Notes under the pieces: generated by a model | Databases searched by the model: none | The model's input: the letters and a program-made list of their open reading frames with translations, nothing else | What the model was told of the DNA's origin: nothing | Part shown: positions 1 to 11,930 of the stretch, one piece after another | Layout of the letters: each line of letters begins with the position of its first letter | How positions within the stretch are numbered: the stretch's first letter is position 1 | Assembly (NCBI RefSeq): GCF_006345805.1 | Contig: NW_021833300.1 | Location: forward strand, 11,624-75,623 | Reading direction: 5' to 3' | Source: Octopus sinensis | Lineage: Eukaryota | Length of the DNA stretch: 64,000 bases | Position numbers and translations under genes: made by a program

Positions 1-32
1 AAGTATTTGTAAGTTTGGCTTTGGTCCAATTC

Positions 33-79
<47 letters not shown>

Positions 80-273
80 GTATTATGTATGTGCGCATGT
101 ATGTAAGAATATGCAGTTTCTGGAATAATATATATTCTACTTGAAAATCACTGAGATGACCATGGCTTCGTAATTTATTTCTAGGTCTGGAAAAAATTAA
201 TGAAAAAACTGTTAGAAATTAATGAAGTTAATTCTAAATTTCCCGATGATCATCACACGCACACATGCACCAC

Positions 274-352
<79 letters not shown>

Positions 353-780
353 TCTCCTAATAAAAAGCAAAGTTTGTTACTAAGTTGACCGCTGAAAACA
401 CTAAGTAAAATTGATAATATTTCAGATTTTTGTATCATTGAAATTAATTTGACCATTCCGCAAATAACTGTGCACCTGTTTTCCGAAAATGGAAAGGCAG
501 GAGTGCGGCGAGTTGGTGATGTATCAGATACGATTTCTAGCAATCCACGTACTGTCTCTGTCTTTTCTCACCGTAATGCAGTTTAGACATTGAAAAAATA
601 TTCAACCTATCACTGAATCCATGGATAGGTTTATCAGATTTATCAAAATTTATCTCAGCCATAAAGAAATTAAAACATATTTCACTGTCACACAGATGTC
701 GCGTTTCTTTTGAGGTTCAGTGTATAGCAACACAAACCAACTCTTCATAATCACACCCCAGAGAGCAGGGAAAACAGGTA

Positions 781-833
781 TCAGCACCGTTTCTCCGTAA
801 ATTTCCCGAAGAAGGATTCCTTGCTCTGAAATA
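781..833 (-). CDS. Paralogue A exon 5 ([17 protein letters not shown])
   Basis: Acceptor tactcttctctag|TATTTCAG, phase 1, TGA at 783-781. Lacks 8 nt present in paralogue B, so the frame differs from B. Confidence 0.5.
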
Positions 834-3800
834 CTAGAGAAGAGTATAAACCACTGACTTGTATTATTAATATTTTGTTACAACTTGCATTGTTTTGGCT
901 TTAAAGAAAAACTATTTAAAAGATTTATATGTATGAGACAATGCTTCTTGAAAACCAGACCTGTGCGTGCATTCACACACACATGCACACACACACACAC
1001 ACATGCATGCATGCATTCGCGTACGCCAACACAGAGTTATACAATCAATTACACTGAAAACAAGAGAAGATGTTTTACTTACTACCGAAGTATTTGTAAG
1101 AAATATCGTACTCTTCCTTATTTCCACTTTCTCTTTTGGCTTCTATCCTCCTGTTGTCATTCGCAATGGTAAAGTTCGGGTAACTGAAACTAATATATTA
1201 CAATTGATAAATTGTTTTTCTTATATTTTTGTTATTTTCTATGTTTACATGTTTTTTTAATGTAATCCAACACAAAATCAATTTGACCCTCATCGATCTT
1301 TTTGTCAAACCTTAAGGTTCATAACGAAAACATTATCATTATTATAAGGCAAACAGGCAGAATCTTTAGCATGCCGGAAAAAATGCTTAGCAGTATTTTG
1401 TCCGTCTATACATCATGATTTCAAATTCCGCCGAGGTCAATTTTGCCTATCACTATTTCAGGGATCGTTGAAATTATTACCAGTTTGACACTGGTACCGA
1501 TGCAATCTACCCCCCCCCCCAGCACCCAACAAGCTGTCAGACGTTCTGCCTACGGGAGAAAGGATTATTATTATGGAATTATAATATTATACAACAATGA
1601 GATATAAAGTATATCGGTTAACTTTCCTCTAATATATACACCGTGAAAGTGTTTAAAAGAACAATTATTAAATAATTAAAGATGTTAATTATGAGTAAGG
1701 AGATGATATATACTTCGCATTGAAAGTCAACACTTGTGGATCCCACGAAAACGGCTTTGCAAGGATTTTATCTTTCTGGAACCATGATGTAGAATTGGTC
1801 CCTGTTCCATTGAAAACGAATGCAAAATAATCCAAACTTGATTTCACCCGAAATTCCACCTGCAAATGGAAAGTAAACTCAAACAAGTGACAAATCTCAG
1901 AGAATGAGGAATGGCAGAATTGTAGGAAGAGAAAGGAGACTAGGATATGATATATGGAGAGAGTAGGAGGGCGAGAATGAGATGGACAGAATTGCGGGGA
2001 AAGTGTGACACTTTGAGTGCAGAAGAAAAAAGACTAAAGAAGACAATGAGTTGTGGGAAGAGGATAAGAGGAGGAGAGAGATAGAATGTGAGAATGACAG
2101 AGAGACAGACAGACAGAAGGAGGGAAAATGAGAAGACGAGATGCTATGTCGCGTTAGAAGTGCAAAATTAAGACAGAAATTGATTGGGTTTGAGAGGAAA
2201 ACGTGGCTGACTTACGAGACAGAGAATCAGACTACTAACTAATGAGTCATGATTTCGGAGTCTTTCTAAAGGTTTTGTTGCATCTATAGGAACTAGAAAA
2301 CCCTGACAAAATCAGGACAAAACAAAGACAAAAACAGCAAGAATCGATCCCACATCAAAGACATATCGATGTTCTGTGGAGGAATCAAGAGAGATATCAG
2401 GAACGGAAGTAAAGGAGTTGTGACGTCACCTCAAGAAAGGGGCTTTTGATCTGCCTCTTCCTTGGTCAAGACTCTTAGGTGGAGCGGATGCCAGAGGGAC
2501 GGTAGCTTCTGACCAAATGCTGGGTTAGTGTAGGTGTGTAGGTGTGTCCAACAAGTTCTTTTGACCCTGGTAGAGTTTAGCTTTTCTGAAGTTCGTCTCG
2601 AATTAAAAGCATTTTTACTGTCCCATCTACATATTCGTGAGTTTCATCCTTCCACCTCTCCCTTTTAAAATGCAAGAAAAACGTTTTTCCTCGCTGACAC
2701 AGAACCTTCTCATAATCTCTCCCCGTCTTTCTCCACCTCATGTCTACTCAACCCTATATTCTTACACTTATAACCACTCACCATTCTTATTTCAATCTTA
2801 GCAGTAAAAATTCTTTGCTATTCTACTTCAAAATATTTATTCCTCATCGATCCAATTCAGGTGTTAATTCATCGCTTTCCAAACTCCTCCTTAAATCCCC
2901 TTTTCTTCTTAATTATAATGCTCATAATGCCTTTTAACCTCCGCGCTCTTCTTACACCAAAGCACCGATGACGGGATTGAACCATTCCACATTCTGATCC
3001 ATTTGTACCAGTCTCTTTCGTAACCTAGAAGTATTCCTCGTCAACACACTGATTCAATATCCAGACACTCTCGGTTATGTTGCTGTCTATGAAATCCCGC
3101 GTCTCTACGATCTGATGACGTTTGTCATATTATGCTATCGTTCCTTGAAGGATGAAAGGCAAAGCCGACCTCGGCGCAAATTGAACTCGGAAAATAAAGA
3201 TCCGGAATTAAATACCACGAGCATTGTGTTCTACGCTCTAATTATTCTGATTCTTTTATAATAATCATAATAATAATAATAAAAATAATAATGAGAAGAA
3301 GAAGAAGAAGAAGAAGAAGAAGAAGAAGAAGAAGAAGAAGAAGAAAATTGGAAGAAGAAGAAGAAGAAGAAGAAGAAAGAAGAAGAAGAAGAAGAAGAAG
3401 AAGAAGAAGAAGAAGAAGAAAAAGAAGTGGAAGAAGAGGAGAGGATCTCTGTGGAACAGGATGACTGCCTGCAACAAGGTCGCGCCCCTGCTTGGATGAC
3501 AAGCGAGCGAACGCTGTTAATGCGTCAAGGACCCCTTGAAAGGATCTTGCAAACATCAGGTAAGTAACAATCTATTACCTAAAGAACAGAAAGGCTGCAG
3601 GAACCAAAGTAGGGCAACAAAAGATCACCTATTAGATGATAAAATGATAATTAGAAATCGCAGAGGTGGATGATTGGCAGGAGTGAATGTAGCATGGTTA
3701 GATTATAAAAAAGCGTATGACATGGTAGCACACAGTTAGATAAGTGAAACAAGGAGCAGGTTTGAAATAGCAACAAAAAAAAGCATGGAGAAAATGCTAA

Positions 3801-6800
3801 ATGAAAGTATGGAACATTGGAATACTGAAATGATCGGAGAAAAACAAAAACCCGGAAAAGTGAACATCAGACGTGGAATATTTCAAGGTGATAGCTTATC
3901 TCCGTAACTATTCGAATTGGCCATGAAAAGGGAAAATTGCTTACGATTTGGTTAAAGGAAATGGTCAGATAAATCATCTCCTTTTCATGGACGATACAAA
4001 AGTTTATGCGATAAATGAGAAACAGTTTGAAAATCTTGTGAATATTATCCGCATTTTCTCAAATAACGTTGCTATGGAATTTGGGATAGAAAAGTGCGCT
4101 ATATTGAAAATAAAAGGAGGAACATTTGAAAGAAGCGAGGGAATTGAAATGCCAAATGGGCAAAGAATGGGAGCAGTTGAGAAAGGACGGTGGTAAAAGT
4201 AGTTGGGAATACTGAAAGCAGACGAAATAAAAATGAATGAAACAAACGACCAATTGGGAGTACACAAGGAGAGTAAGAAAATCATTGCAGTCAAAGCTGA
4301 ATTCCAAAACCCTTATTAAAGCAAAGATCAGTGTCATTAATCAGATACCCGACGAAAATGATGAAAATCTAAATAAAAGGCCGGACCTTAGTCCCCAAAT
4401 CTCGCTAGTGAAACAGAAAAAAAAAGGAGAAATAAATACGAGAGGAATAGGTTTCTATGCGTCGTGTATATTTTATAGCAACACTCTTGCCACAAAATGA
4501 AAACGCTGCACAATATTCCATTGAAATTTAGAAGGAAAATTAGTCTGGATCTAGTTCTATCGTGAAACCCCGCCAAAGAAACTTGCTAACATAAAAAGAT
4601 AGATTTTAAAAATGAAACAAACATCAGAAACTGAAATTAAACATTTAAAAGAAAACACTAGTAATTATTGTAAAACAACAACAAATATGTAGATTGGTTA
4701 TTAAATGAGAATCATCTTGAAATTCTAAAAATTCATTACCTTTTCAATAGGCAAATTGTCCCAGTACAAATAAATAGGGCTTTTCTTAAGTGAGGTTTTG
4801 GTCATCTCAAATACTTTCTGCCGGTTTTTACCTGAATCATCAAAAACAAATTTAAGTATACAAAAAAGATGTTAACCCTTGAACGGCGGGAAAGGGTTGC
4901 AGGAATGTCTGTGACAAACGGACAATAATCGAAAAAATCTCTTTTATATTTATTTTCATTAAATTAAGCACAAAAACTAAAATAATTGTTGGTCTTAAAC
5001 AAATGGAGAAGAATCGGTGCACCTTTTCCATCCAGAGCTAGTTGAAGCATTAGTCTCTTCCGTATTATCTAAAACATCGTTTTCAACATCATCTGCTTCA
5101 TTTGATGATGAAATAAAATCAGAAAAACACTTCTTCATCGCTGTTTAAATCATCTATTTACGACTGGATTTCTCCCATTGATAAGGACCGCTTACGCTTA
5201 GGCGCATTTAATTTAGCAGTCGCTCCAGCCTCAACTGATGATGGTCATATCTGTGTAAACGTTTTGTGACACCAATAGGATCTTACAGAAAAAGGAGGTG
5301 CATTCCAGAAATTTCCAGGATTTTTCAGGAAAGACATTTATTTATTTCAAAGAAAGCTCAGTGAGCCGGTCCGATTCCTCGTTCCACATCTTGCTCAGGA
5401 TTGTGTTTGGTGGAAAGCACACTTCTAAGGCATGTAAAGTGATTAACTCATTCCAGTGGTGTGCCCGAAATTATGATGTTAAAGTGCAGAAGGGCAGAAT
5501 TCGGTATTGATTAGGCGAAGAACTGAGATTTCTTAGAATTTACAGTGAGCTCAAAACGTTGATACGCATTGGTGAAAAAATTGACAGCTTTTTGCTGTTC
5601 TAAGTTTGAGTGACTGCGTGACCACGTTGCCATCGACGAAGTGAAGTTCTGAGATTCGCTTGGAACTGGTAAGATTCTTTGACCGAAACCTCACCAGGGT
5701 GAAGAGTCTTTCATCAAAACGATATCTGATGTCCTTTCCCAGCTGATCCGAGGGAAGTTCATAGATCATTGCAGCAAGGTATAGGGAGAAAAGCATAGTA
5801 GCGGGTACGCAAACTTGTTTCAATCCAGATGTAATTGGGAATTCTTCTGAGGGTCCATCACGAGGAAGGAAACGCCCAGTCATACCATTGTATGATCAGG
5901 GAGAAGAAATAATCAAGGGCCGTCCATATGGCTGGTCTTGGTACTCTATCAAAACATTTTGCAGATCATAAAAGATAAGGAAAATTCGGTTTTGTTGTTC
6001 TCGATACTTGCTTTCGAATTGTCTGGCGCAGATCGTGTCTATGGTTCCAAGTAATATTCGGAAAACACACTGGGACTCTGGAAGGATTCTTTCTGCGATG
6101 ACGTGGAGACCATTCAAGGGTATTGAAGATCTATCCTAAAATAATAAGTAGCGAGATTACACGATGGTTTCCATAAGATTTTCTATCTCCTTTCTTGAAT
6201 ATACTTATTATTAGAGCACTAAGTGCGTGAGGTCGGCAATGTCTCGTGTATGAGTCTACGTATGAGTATAGCTTCCTTAATTCTTAAATTACCCACATTT
6301 CTTTCACTGACTCAATTGTGACTGTTATGCTTTTGTCGGTGTTCCGGCATCTTTTCTGAAGGAGGAGGCTATCGTGTTAAGATGTTCTTTGATGCGGATG
6401 TGTAACGGTTTTGTTGTGCTACCCACATAGAACTTGTTGCATTTGTTACATCGTATTCTATTCACAGCATTTACCCGTTGGCATAAATCTATGTCACGGA
6501 TGGGACAGTTTGTTAGCTTGCATTGATTGTTGTCCCTTGTTCGTTTCTTTGCGAGCATATATACATAAAACATACAAATCTGCGCATAGATAAATTCATA
6601 CATAACATACATACAAACTTACAAACAAAAATACCCTGTTGTTGATGTTGCAATTCCAGTGAAGGAGCCTGGATTTAGGTTAGAAACCGGTTCGTTCTCT
6701 ATTGGCAGGAAATCCTGAAATAAACTGAATAATAATAATATACATACATACATACATACATACATACATACATACATACATACATACATACATCAATGTC

Positions 6801-6805
6801 TGTGT

Positions 6806-6846
<41 letters not shown>

Positions 6847-7259
6847 AGTGTGTGTGTACGTGCGTTTGTAGAACAATTGGGAATACAGAAATTAGAAAAA
6901 ATATGCCAGAAAATTGTGATTTACATACTGTTTCCGGAGAGTAAAATATACGATAAACACGTGCAATCCTGATCTTTAATTTCTTTGTTGTAAAGCGATC
7001 GATGCATATAACACGGGCCATTACAATAGCTAAAATATTGGCACTCATCGCGGGAAATACACAGACTCGCACATTCCAAACGAGATGACGCGGTTTTTGT
7101 ACTTTTATTCTGATCTGTTAAGCATCTTGATGTTGTGGTTTCTTCGAAGAGACCCTCTCTATTCGTTGGTTCTCCGGAAGTTACAAGAGTCACGAAAAGC
7201 AAAAGTGTCAAAGCTGGCAGCAGAAGAGGCGTCGAATGGTACTGAATTGTTGTCTCCAT
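781..7259 (-). CDS. Paralogue A: spliced gene (5 coding exons, ~240 aa) for a predicted secreted PAN/Apple-like domain protein
   Basis: Exons 7259-6929, 4831-4740, 1859-1714, 1183-1083, 833-781. All introns are GT..AG and phases 1,0,2,1 join without stops. N-terminal hydrophobic signal peptide and ECASLC-x5-C-x5-C-x3-C pattern. Last exon least certain. Confidence 0.78.
1083..1183 (-). CDS. Paralogue A exon 4 ([33 protein letters not shown])
   Basis: tttcag| acceptor and |GTAAGT donor, 101 nt. Only the phase-2 frame required by exon 3 is open; the other two frames have stops in both paralogues. Confidence 0.7.
1345..1500 (+). mobile_element. Decayed tRNA-derived SINE (family 2; mirror at ~45790-45965 minus)
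   Basis: cagaatctttagcatgccgg..aaatgcttagc..ttcaaattccgccgaggtc..ttttgcct matches the better preserved copies at 52600-53100. Confidence 0.75.
1714..1859 (-). CDS. Paralogue A exon 3 ([48 protein letters not shown])
   Basis: ttccatttgcag|GTG acceptor, AA|gtatat donor, 146 nt, phase 0 in and phase 2 out. Lies inside ORF 1689..1886-. Confidence 0.8.
3295..3440. repeat. (GAA)n polypurine tract in intron 2
   Basis: Direct reading. The mirror tract at ~43310-43980 is much longer. Confidence 0.95.
3470..4330 (+). mobile_element. Decayed non-LTR retrotransposon RT fragment, R4/Dong-like (mirror ~42410-43290 minus)
   Basis: Translations with stops: [77 protein letters not shown]. Confidence 0.8.
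4740..4831 (-). CDS. Paralogue A exon 2 ([30 protein letters not shown])
   Basis: gattcag|GT acceptor, AAG|gtaatg donor, 92 nt, phase 1 in and phase 0 out. Not in the ORF track. Confidence 0.8.
4872..5150 (-). mobile_element. piggyBac-like transposon end remnant (mirror ~41590-41888)
   Basis: TTAA followed by CCCTTGAACGGCGGG (piggyBac-type terminus) and a nearby acidic frame [25 protein letters not shown]. The second TIR was not found. Confidence 0.45.
5200..6120 (-). mobile_element. Decayed RTE-clade LINE RT fragment (mirror ~40575-41545 plus)
   Basis: [82 protein letters not shown]; frameshifted. Confidence 0.85.
6200..6570 (-). mobile_element. Penelope-like GIY-YIG endonuclease fragment (mirror ~40180-40540 plus)
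   Basis: [44 protein letters not shown] and downstream [12 protein letters not shown]. Confidence 0.8.
6929..7259 (-). CDS. Paralogue A first coding exon: signal peptide + PAN/Apple-like domain
   Basis: ORF 6921..7259- [64 protein letters not shown]. Acceptor ttttcag|GA ATG upstream, phase-1 donor AACA|GTATGT. Confidence 0.88.
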
Positions 7260-7287
7260 TCCTGAAAAATATACAAGTATACATACT

Positions 7288-7321
<34 letters not shown>

Positions 7322-8884
7322 CGATAAACCTCTGGAGAAATTCGTTAGACCCAGGTTATATACCGAAACAGTTTCTATCCCAGTCGGTCATCCCGGTTTT
7401 CAAACAGGGAAACAGATCCCTCGCAGTCAACTATCGCCCAATCTCACTCACCTCCCACATCATTAAAGTGTTTGAAAGAGTGTTAAGATCAAGGATAGCT
7501 GACTTCCTGGAGACCCACAAACTCCTAAATGCAAATCAGCATGGCTTTCGCTGCGGCAGGGACTGTCTAACACATCTCTTACACCACATTGCAGATGTAC
7601 TCAAAGCCTTGGGAACAGGTTCGAACTCTGACGTCATATATCTTGACTTCAGTAAAGCGTTCGACAGGGTAGACCATAATATCCTACTCTCAAAATTGGC
7701 AAATGTTGGAATCCGGGAAAAAGTTCTACACTGGATTAAGTATTTCCTGGCGAATAGAACACAACATGTTGTAGTTGATGGAGTCCACTCAAGCCCAGCA
7801 AAAGTCACCAGCGGTGTTCCCCAGGGGACTGTTTTGGGGCCGCTACTCTTCATAATTTACATAAACGACCTTTCCAGTTTCGTAAATTACTGCAAAGTGA
7901 AAATATTCGCTGATGACACTAAGCTCCAGCAAATCGTCAATGAAGAAGCAGACCGAACTCAACTCCAGTCTGATCTATATGCTGTGAGTCAATGGGCAGA
8001 CAGAAACAAAATGCAACTGAATGAGGGAAAATTTGAGCTGATGCATTTTGGAAGAAATTCCTCAGTAAAACAACCATACTCTCTTCCTTCATGGGAACCG
8101 CTCACAGCCTCTAACAACATCAGAGACCTAGGTGTAATTGTTGATGACGATCTGAGTTGGAGTGCACACATCAACAAGAAGGTCGATATAGCTCGTATGA
8201 TGAGTTCCTGGATCTTAAGAGCTTTCCGGTCCAGAGAACAAGGTGTCATCACCACTTTTTCCCTCACTCGTACAGCCACACCTTGAATACTGCTGCCCAC
8301 TGTGGTCTCCCCATACAAGACAAAACATCTCAAGGATTTAATCACCCAGAGGGCACTCACTAAATGAATTGAAGGCATGGCTGCTCGCGATTATTGGGAT
8401 CGCCTTAAAGCCTTGAAACTCTACTCTCTCCAGCGTCGCCGCGAGCGGTACATCATTTGTACGATGTGGAGAATATACCGCCAACTTTGCCCAAATGACC
8501 TGAACATTAGCTTCAAGGTTCATCCAAGACTGGGACCACGGGCCATACGACCCCTGCCCAGTTCAAGATCACAACATACATGTATACTGCAACATAATTT
8601 CTTTTCCTCAACAGGCCCTGCCCTATTTAACATTGTCCCGAAGGGGATCAAAGAGGAAAAGGGCCCCATCAACTTTAAACGGAGTCAGGATAGATTCCTT
8701 CAAAGAATACCAGATAAGCCCGCCATAATTGGATACAACTCACCCAACAAGAACTCACTACTTTTGACAAAACTTGCCTTAAACAGGATTCGCATAATCC
8801 TATCAGGTGGTGCTATTAAGTTAGACATGGCCTGGACCAATCTTTGGTCGAAACATATCTAAGTTATCTAAGTAAGATATCTAA

Positions 8885-8885
<1 letters not shown>
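7322..8885 (+). mobile_element. 5'-truncated CR1/L2-group LINE (family A), left arm only
   Basis: NYRPISLTSH, QHGFRCGRDCLT, VIYLDFSKAFDRVDH, GVPQGTVLGPLLF, FADDTK, LYSLQRRRERY. 3' tail with atctaagtt-type repeats; flanked by (TA)n; frameshift near 8270. Confidence 0.93.
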
Positions 8886-8921
<36 letters not shown>

Positions 8922-9324
8922 TATATATGTATATATACATATATAATATATATACATATATACATATATACATACACACATATATATATACACACATCTA
9001 TATACGTAAATATATATGTACACATTTATATATATATATATACATTTATTTATATATACAGCTATATACGTATATATATACACATTTATATACATATATA
9101 TACATTTATACATATATACATATTTATACATATATATACACACATATATAACATACATTTATATACATATATATACATTTATATACATATATGTACATAT
9201 ATATATAGTTATATTCATATATACATATATACAGTTATATATATATATACATATATATATTCATTTATATACATACATATATATATTCATTTATATACAT
9301 GTGCGTTTGTGTGTATAGACATGA

Positions 9325-9990
9325 TGATACATGAAGATGGCTGTCCACTCGTGACCGAGGATGACCATTGCTGACCATCACGAACATTGGGCACTCTTGG
9401 ACTAACTTATATTTTGCATTTGCAGCTCCGTTGGTGGCTAATGAGTCCTGCTCATGACATTCATACACGACTGCAAACATTGCAAACCAAGCTTTCCCCA
9501 TTCACCACACCAGCCATGCGTTTTCGAGCAGCTCGCTTAAATTATTCATGCTGAATACATGGTCTCTCAAAGGTGCCGACCCCTTCCTTAACCTACTTCC
9601 TCCAGCTGTGGCAATGACAGGCATTGCTCTCCCAGTCTTTCTCCTGCATATCACAAGCCTTTAATGAGGACTTGACACAGTCATTAAATCACAGCCTTTT
9701 TCCGCTCACAAGTTCCCCGTATAGCATCTGTTTAGGGATCCTGCTATCCTTCATTCTAATAAGGGGTCCAGTCCAACGTAACCAGTGCTTGTGCATCGTA
9801 GCCTCAATCCTCAGGATATCAGCTTTCCTCAAGACCTGTGTGTCTGCAGTTTTTAAGGTCCAGCCAACATTCAGAATATATCTCAGACATCTCTGATGAA
9901 ATTGTTCAAGAACCCTTACATGATGTTTGTAAAGGTTCCATGTCTCACATGAGTAAAGAAGCGAAGTTAGTATATATGCACGGTATAGGG
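9325..9990 (-). mobile_element. RTE-clade LINE 3' fragment
   Basis: LYRAYILTSLLYSCETW..LEQFHQRCLRYIL..LRWTGPLIRMKDSRIPKQMLYGEL, then a C-terminal CxxC..GLISH motif and 3' tail. Confidence 0.88.
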
Positions 9991-10055
9991 ACGTGCATGT
10001 ACATACATACATACATATATACATACATACATACATACATACATACACACACACA

Positions 10056-10087
<32 letters not shown>

Positions 10088-10275
10088 CATACATACATAT
10101 ATACATACACACATACATACATACGTACATACATACATACATACAGTCATACATATATACATACATACATTCATACATACATACATACATTCATACATTC
10201 ATACATACATTCATACATACATTCATATATACATACGTACATTCATACATATACACATACATACATACATACAGC

Positions 10276-10307
<32 letters not shown>

Positions 10308-10550
10308 CATGCATCCATGCATAAATACATACATACATACATACATACATACATACATACATACATACATACACACATACATACATACATACATACATAC
10401 ATACATACATACACACATACATACATACACACATACATACATACACACAAACATACATACATACATACACACATACATACATACATACATACATACATAC
10501 ATACATACATACATACATACATACATAGACACACACACACATTTTAAAAT
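9990..10550. repeat. (TACA)n microsatellite
   Basis: Direct reading. Similar long (TACA/TATG)n tracts at ~24865-25315, 25860-26140, 37800-37990, 48470-48570, 48810-49050 and 49230-49960. Confidence 0.97.
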
Positions 10551-10984
10551 TATTGATCGCCCGTTCTGGCCTTTCTGAAGGGAAGCTACTCTCAAATATA
10601 TATTTTCTTATATTGAGAGTTATCTCCCTGGAAACATACCTTCAACCACTTCATTATTGTATTTACTAAGTAGATTTTATTGCTCATTTCTTACTTATTT
10701 CAGTCATTGAACAACGGCGACGCTGGAGCACCAGAGTGATGTGATTAGTCCAACAGACCGACTCTAGTATTTCTCTTTCTCGAGAAGACCACTAATTCCT
10801 CCCGAACTATTTGCCGAACTGCTATGTTACAGGAACTTAGACATAGCAAAAACAAATGTTGGCTCTCTCTCTCTTTATATATATATATGGGTGTATGTGT
10901 GCGTGTTCTTATATATATCTCTATCTCTATCTCTATCTATCTATCTACACACACACACACACGCAGAGACACACACACATACAC

Positions 10985-11056
<72 letters not shown>

Positions 11057-11509
11057 CCCCTCATAAGGTTTTTTTCCATTTTGGGGAATTTTAAAATAAT
11101 TTTGGCGAATTTATATTCTATACACGGGAATTAATCCGATGAAATAAAAACGAAAGAAAATATATTTTGGTGCACGATTTAAGGCCTGATTAGCTGTTAT
11201 TTTTATCAACTTTAACCACCACCTCATATGTCATGTTTCAAAGCGTTCAAGAATAACCATCTTGAATACGCTGAGAAATACGAAAAAAGATTGAGTCAAT
11301 GAATGAGGAAAGAATTGTAGACAGGGATGTGGATTTAAATCATTAAAGGAATGAAAAGGTCTTTCATAAGTTTAGAAGAAATTGTAAAAACAGAGAAAGT
11401 GAAAGTGAAAGCAAGAGAAACATCCGTTTGGAGATTTAAGGTGAAATGAACAGACTCAGTCGCTTGAGACCTTTCTGAGAGAAATCAGAAAAGTCTTTCT
11501 TTTACTCTT

Positions 11510-11930
11510 TTACTCCTTTACTTGTTACAGTCATTTGACTGCGGCCATGCTGGAGCACCGCCTATAGCCGAGGAAATCGACCTCAGGACTAATTCTTTGC
11601 AAACCTAGTACTTATTCTATCGGTCTGTTTTGCTGAACCGCTAAGTTACGGGGAAATAAACACACCAGCATCGGTTGTCAAGCGATGTTGGGAGGACAAA
11701 CACAGACACACAATACACACACACACACACACACACACACAACATATATATATATACATATATCCGAAGGGATTTTTGAGTTTCCTTCTACCAAATCCAC
11801 TCACAAGGCTTTAGTCGGCCCGAGGCTGTAGCAGAAGACACCTGCCCAAGGTGTCACGCAGTGGGATTGAACCCGGAACCATGAGGTTGGTAAGCAAGCT
11901 ACTTACCACACAGCCACTCCAACGCCTATA
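11510..11930 (-). mobile_element. Full-length tRNA-derived SINE (family 1; mirror 28015-28437 plus)
   Basis: Head taggcg..ggagtggctgtgtggtaagtagcttgc..ggttccgggttcaatccc (A/B-box-like), internal (TA)/(TG) tract, tail gcatggccgcagtcaaatgactg..agtaaaagagtaaaagag. Confidence 0.9.

Noticed and set aside
3541-3570. Strong donor CAG|GTAAGT at 3560/3561
   Set aside because: Lies within the decayed R4-like RT sequence and antisense to the host gene.
8844-10595. Long ORFs rich in YI/HTYI/MYVC repeats (also ~14000-19850, 24800-26260, 37100-38500, 48370-50050)
   Set aside because: Translations of (TA)n, (TACA)n, (ATT)n microsatellites; no coding signal.
11830-11930. tRNA-like sequences (also ~13400-13475, 28020-28090, 53800-54060)
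   Set aside because: These are SINE heads continuing into SINE bodies; no complete cloverleaf.
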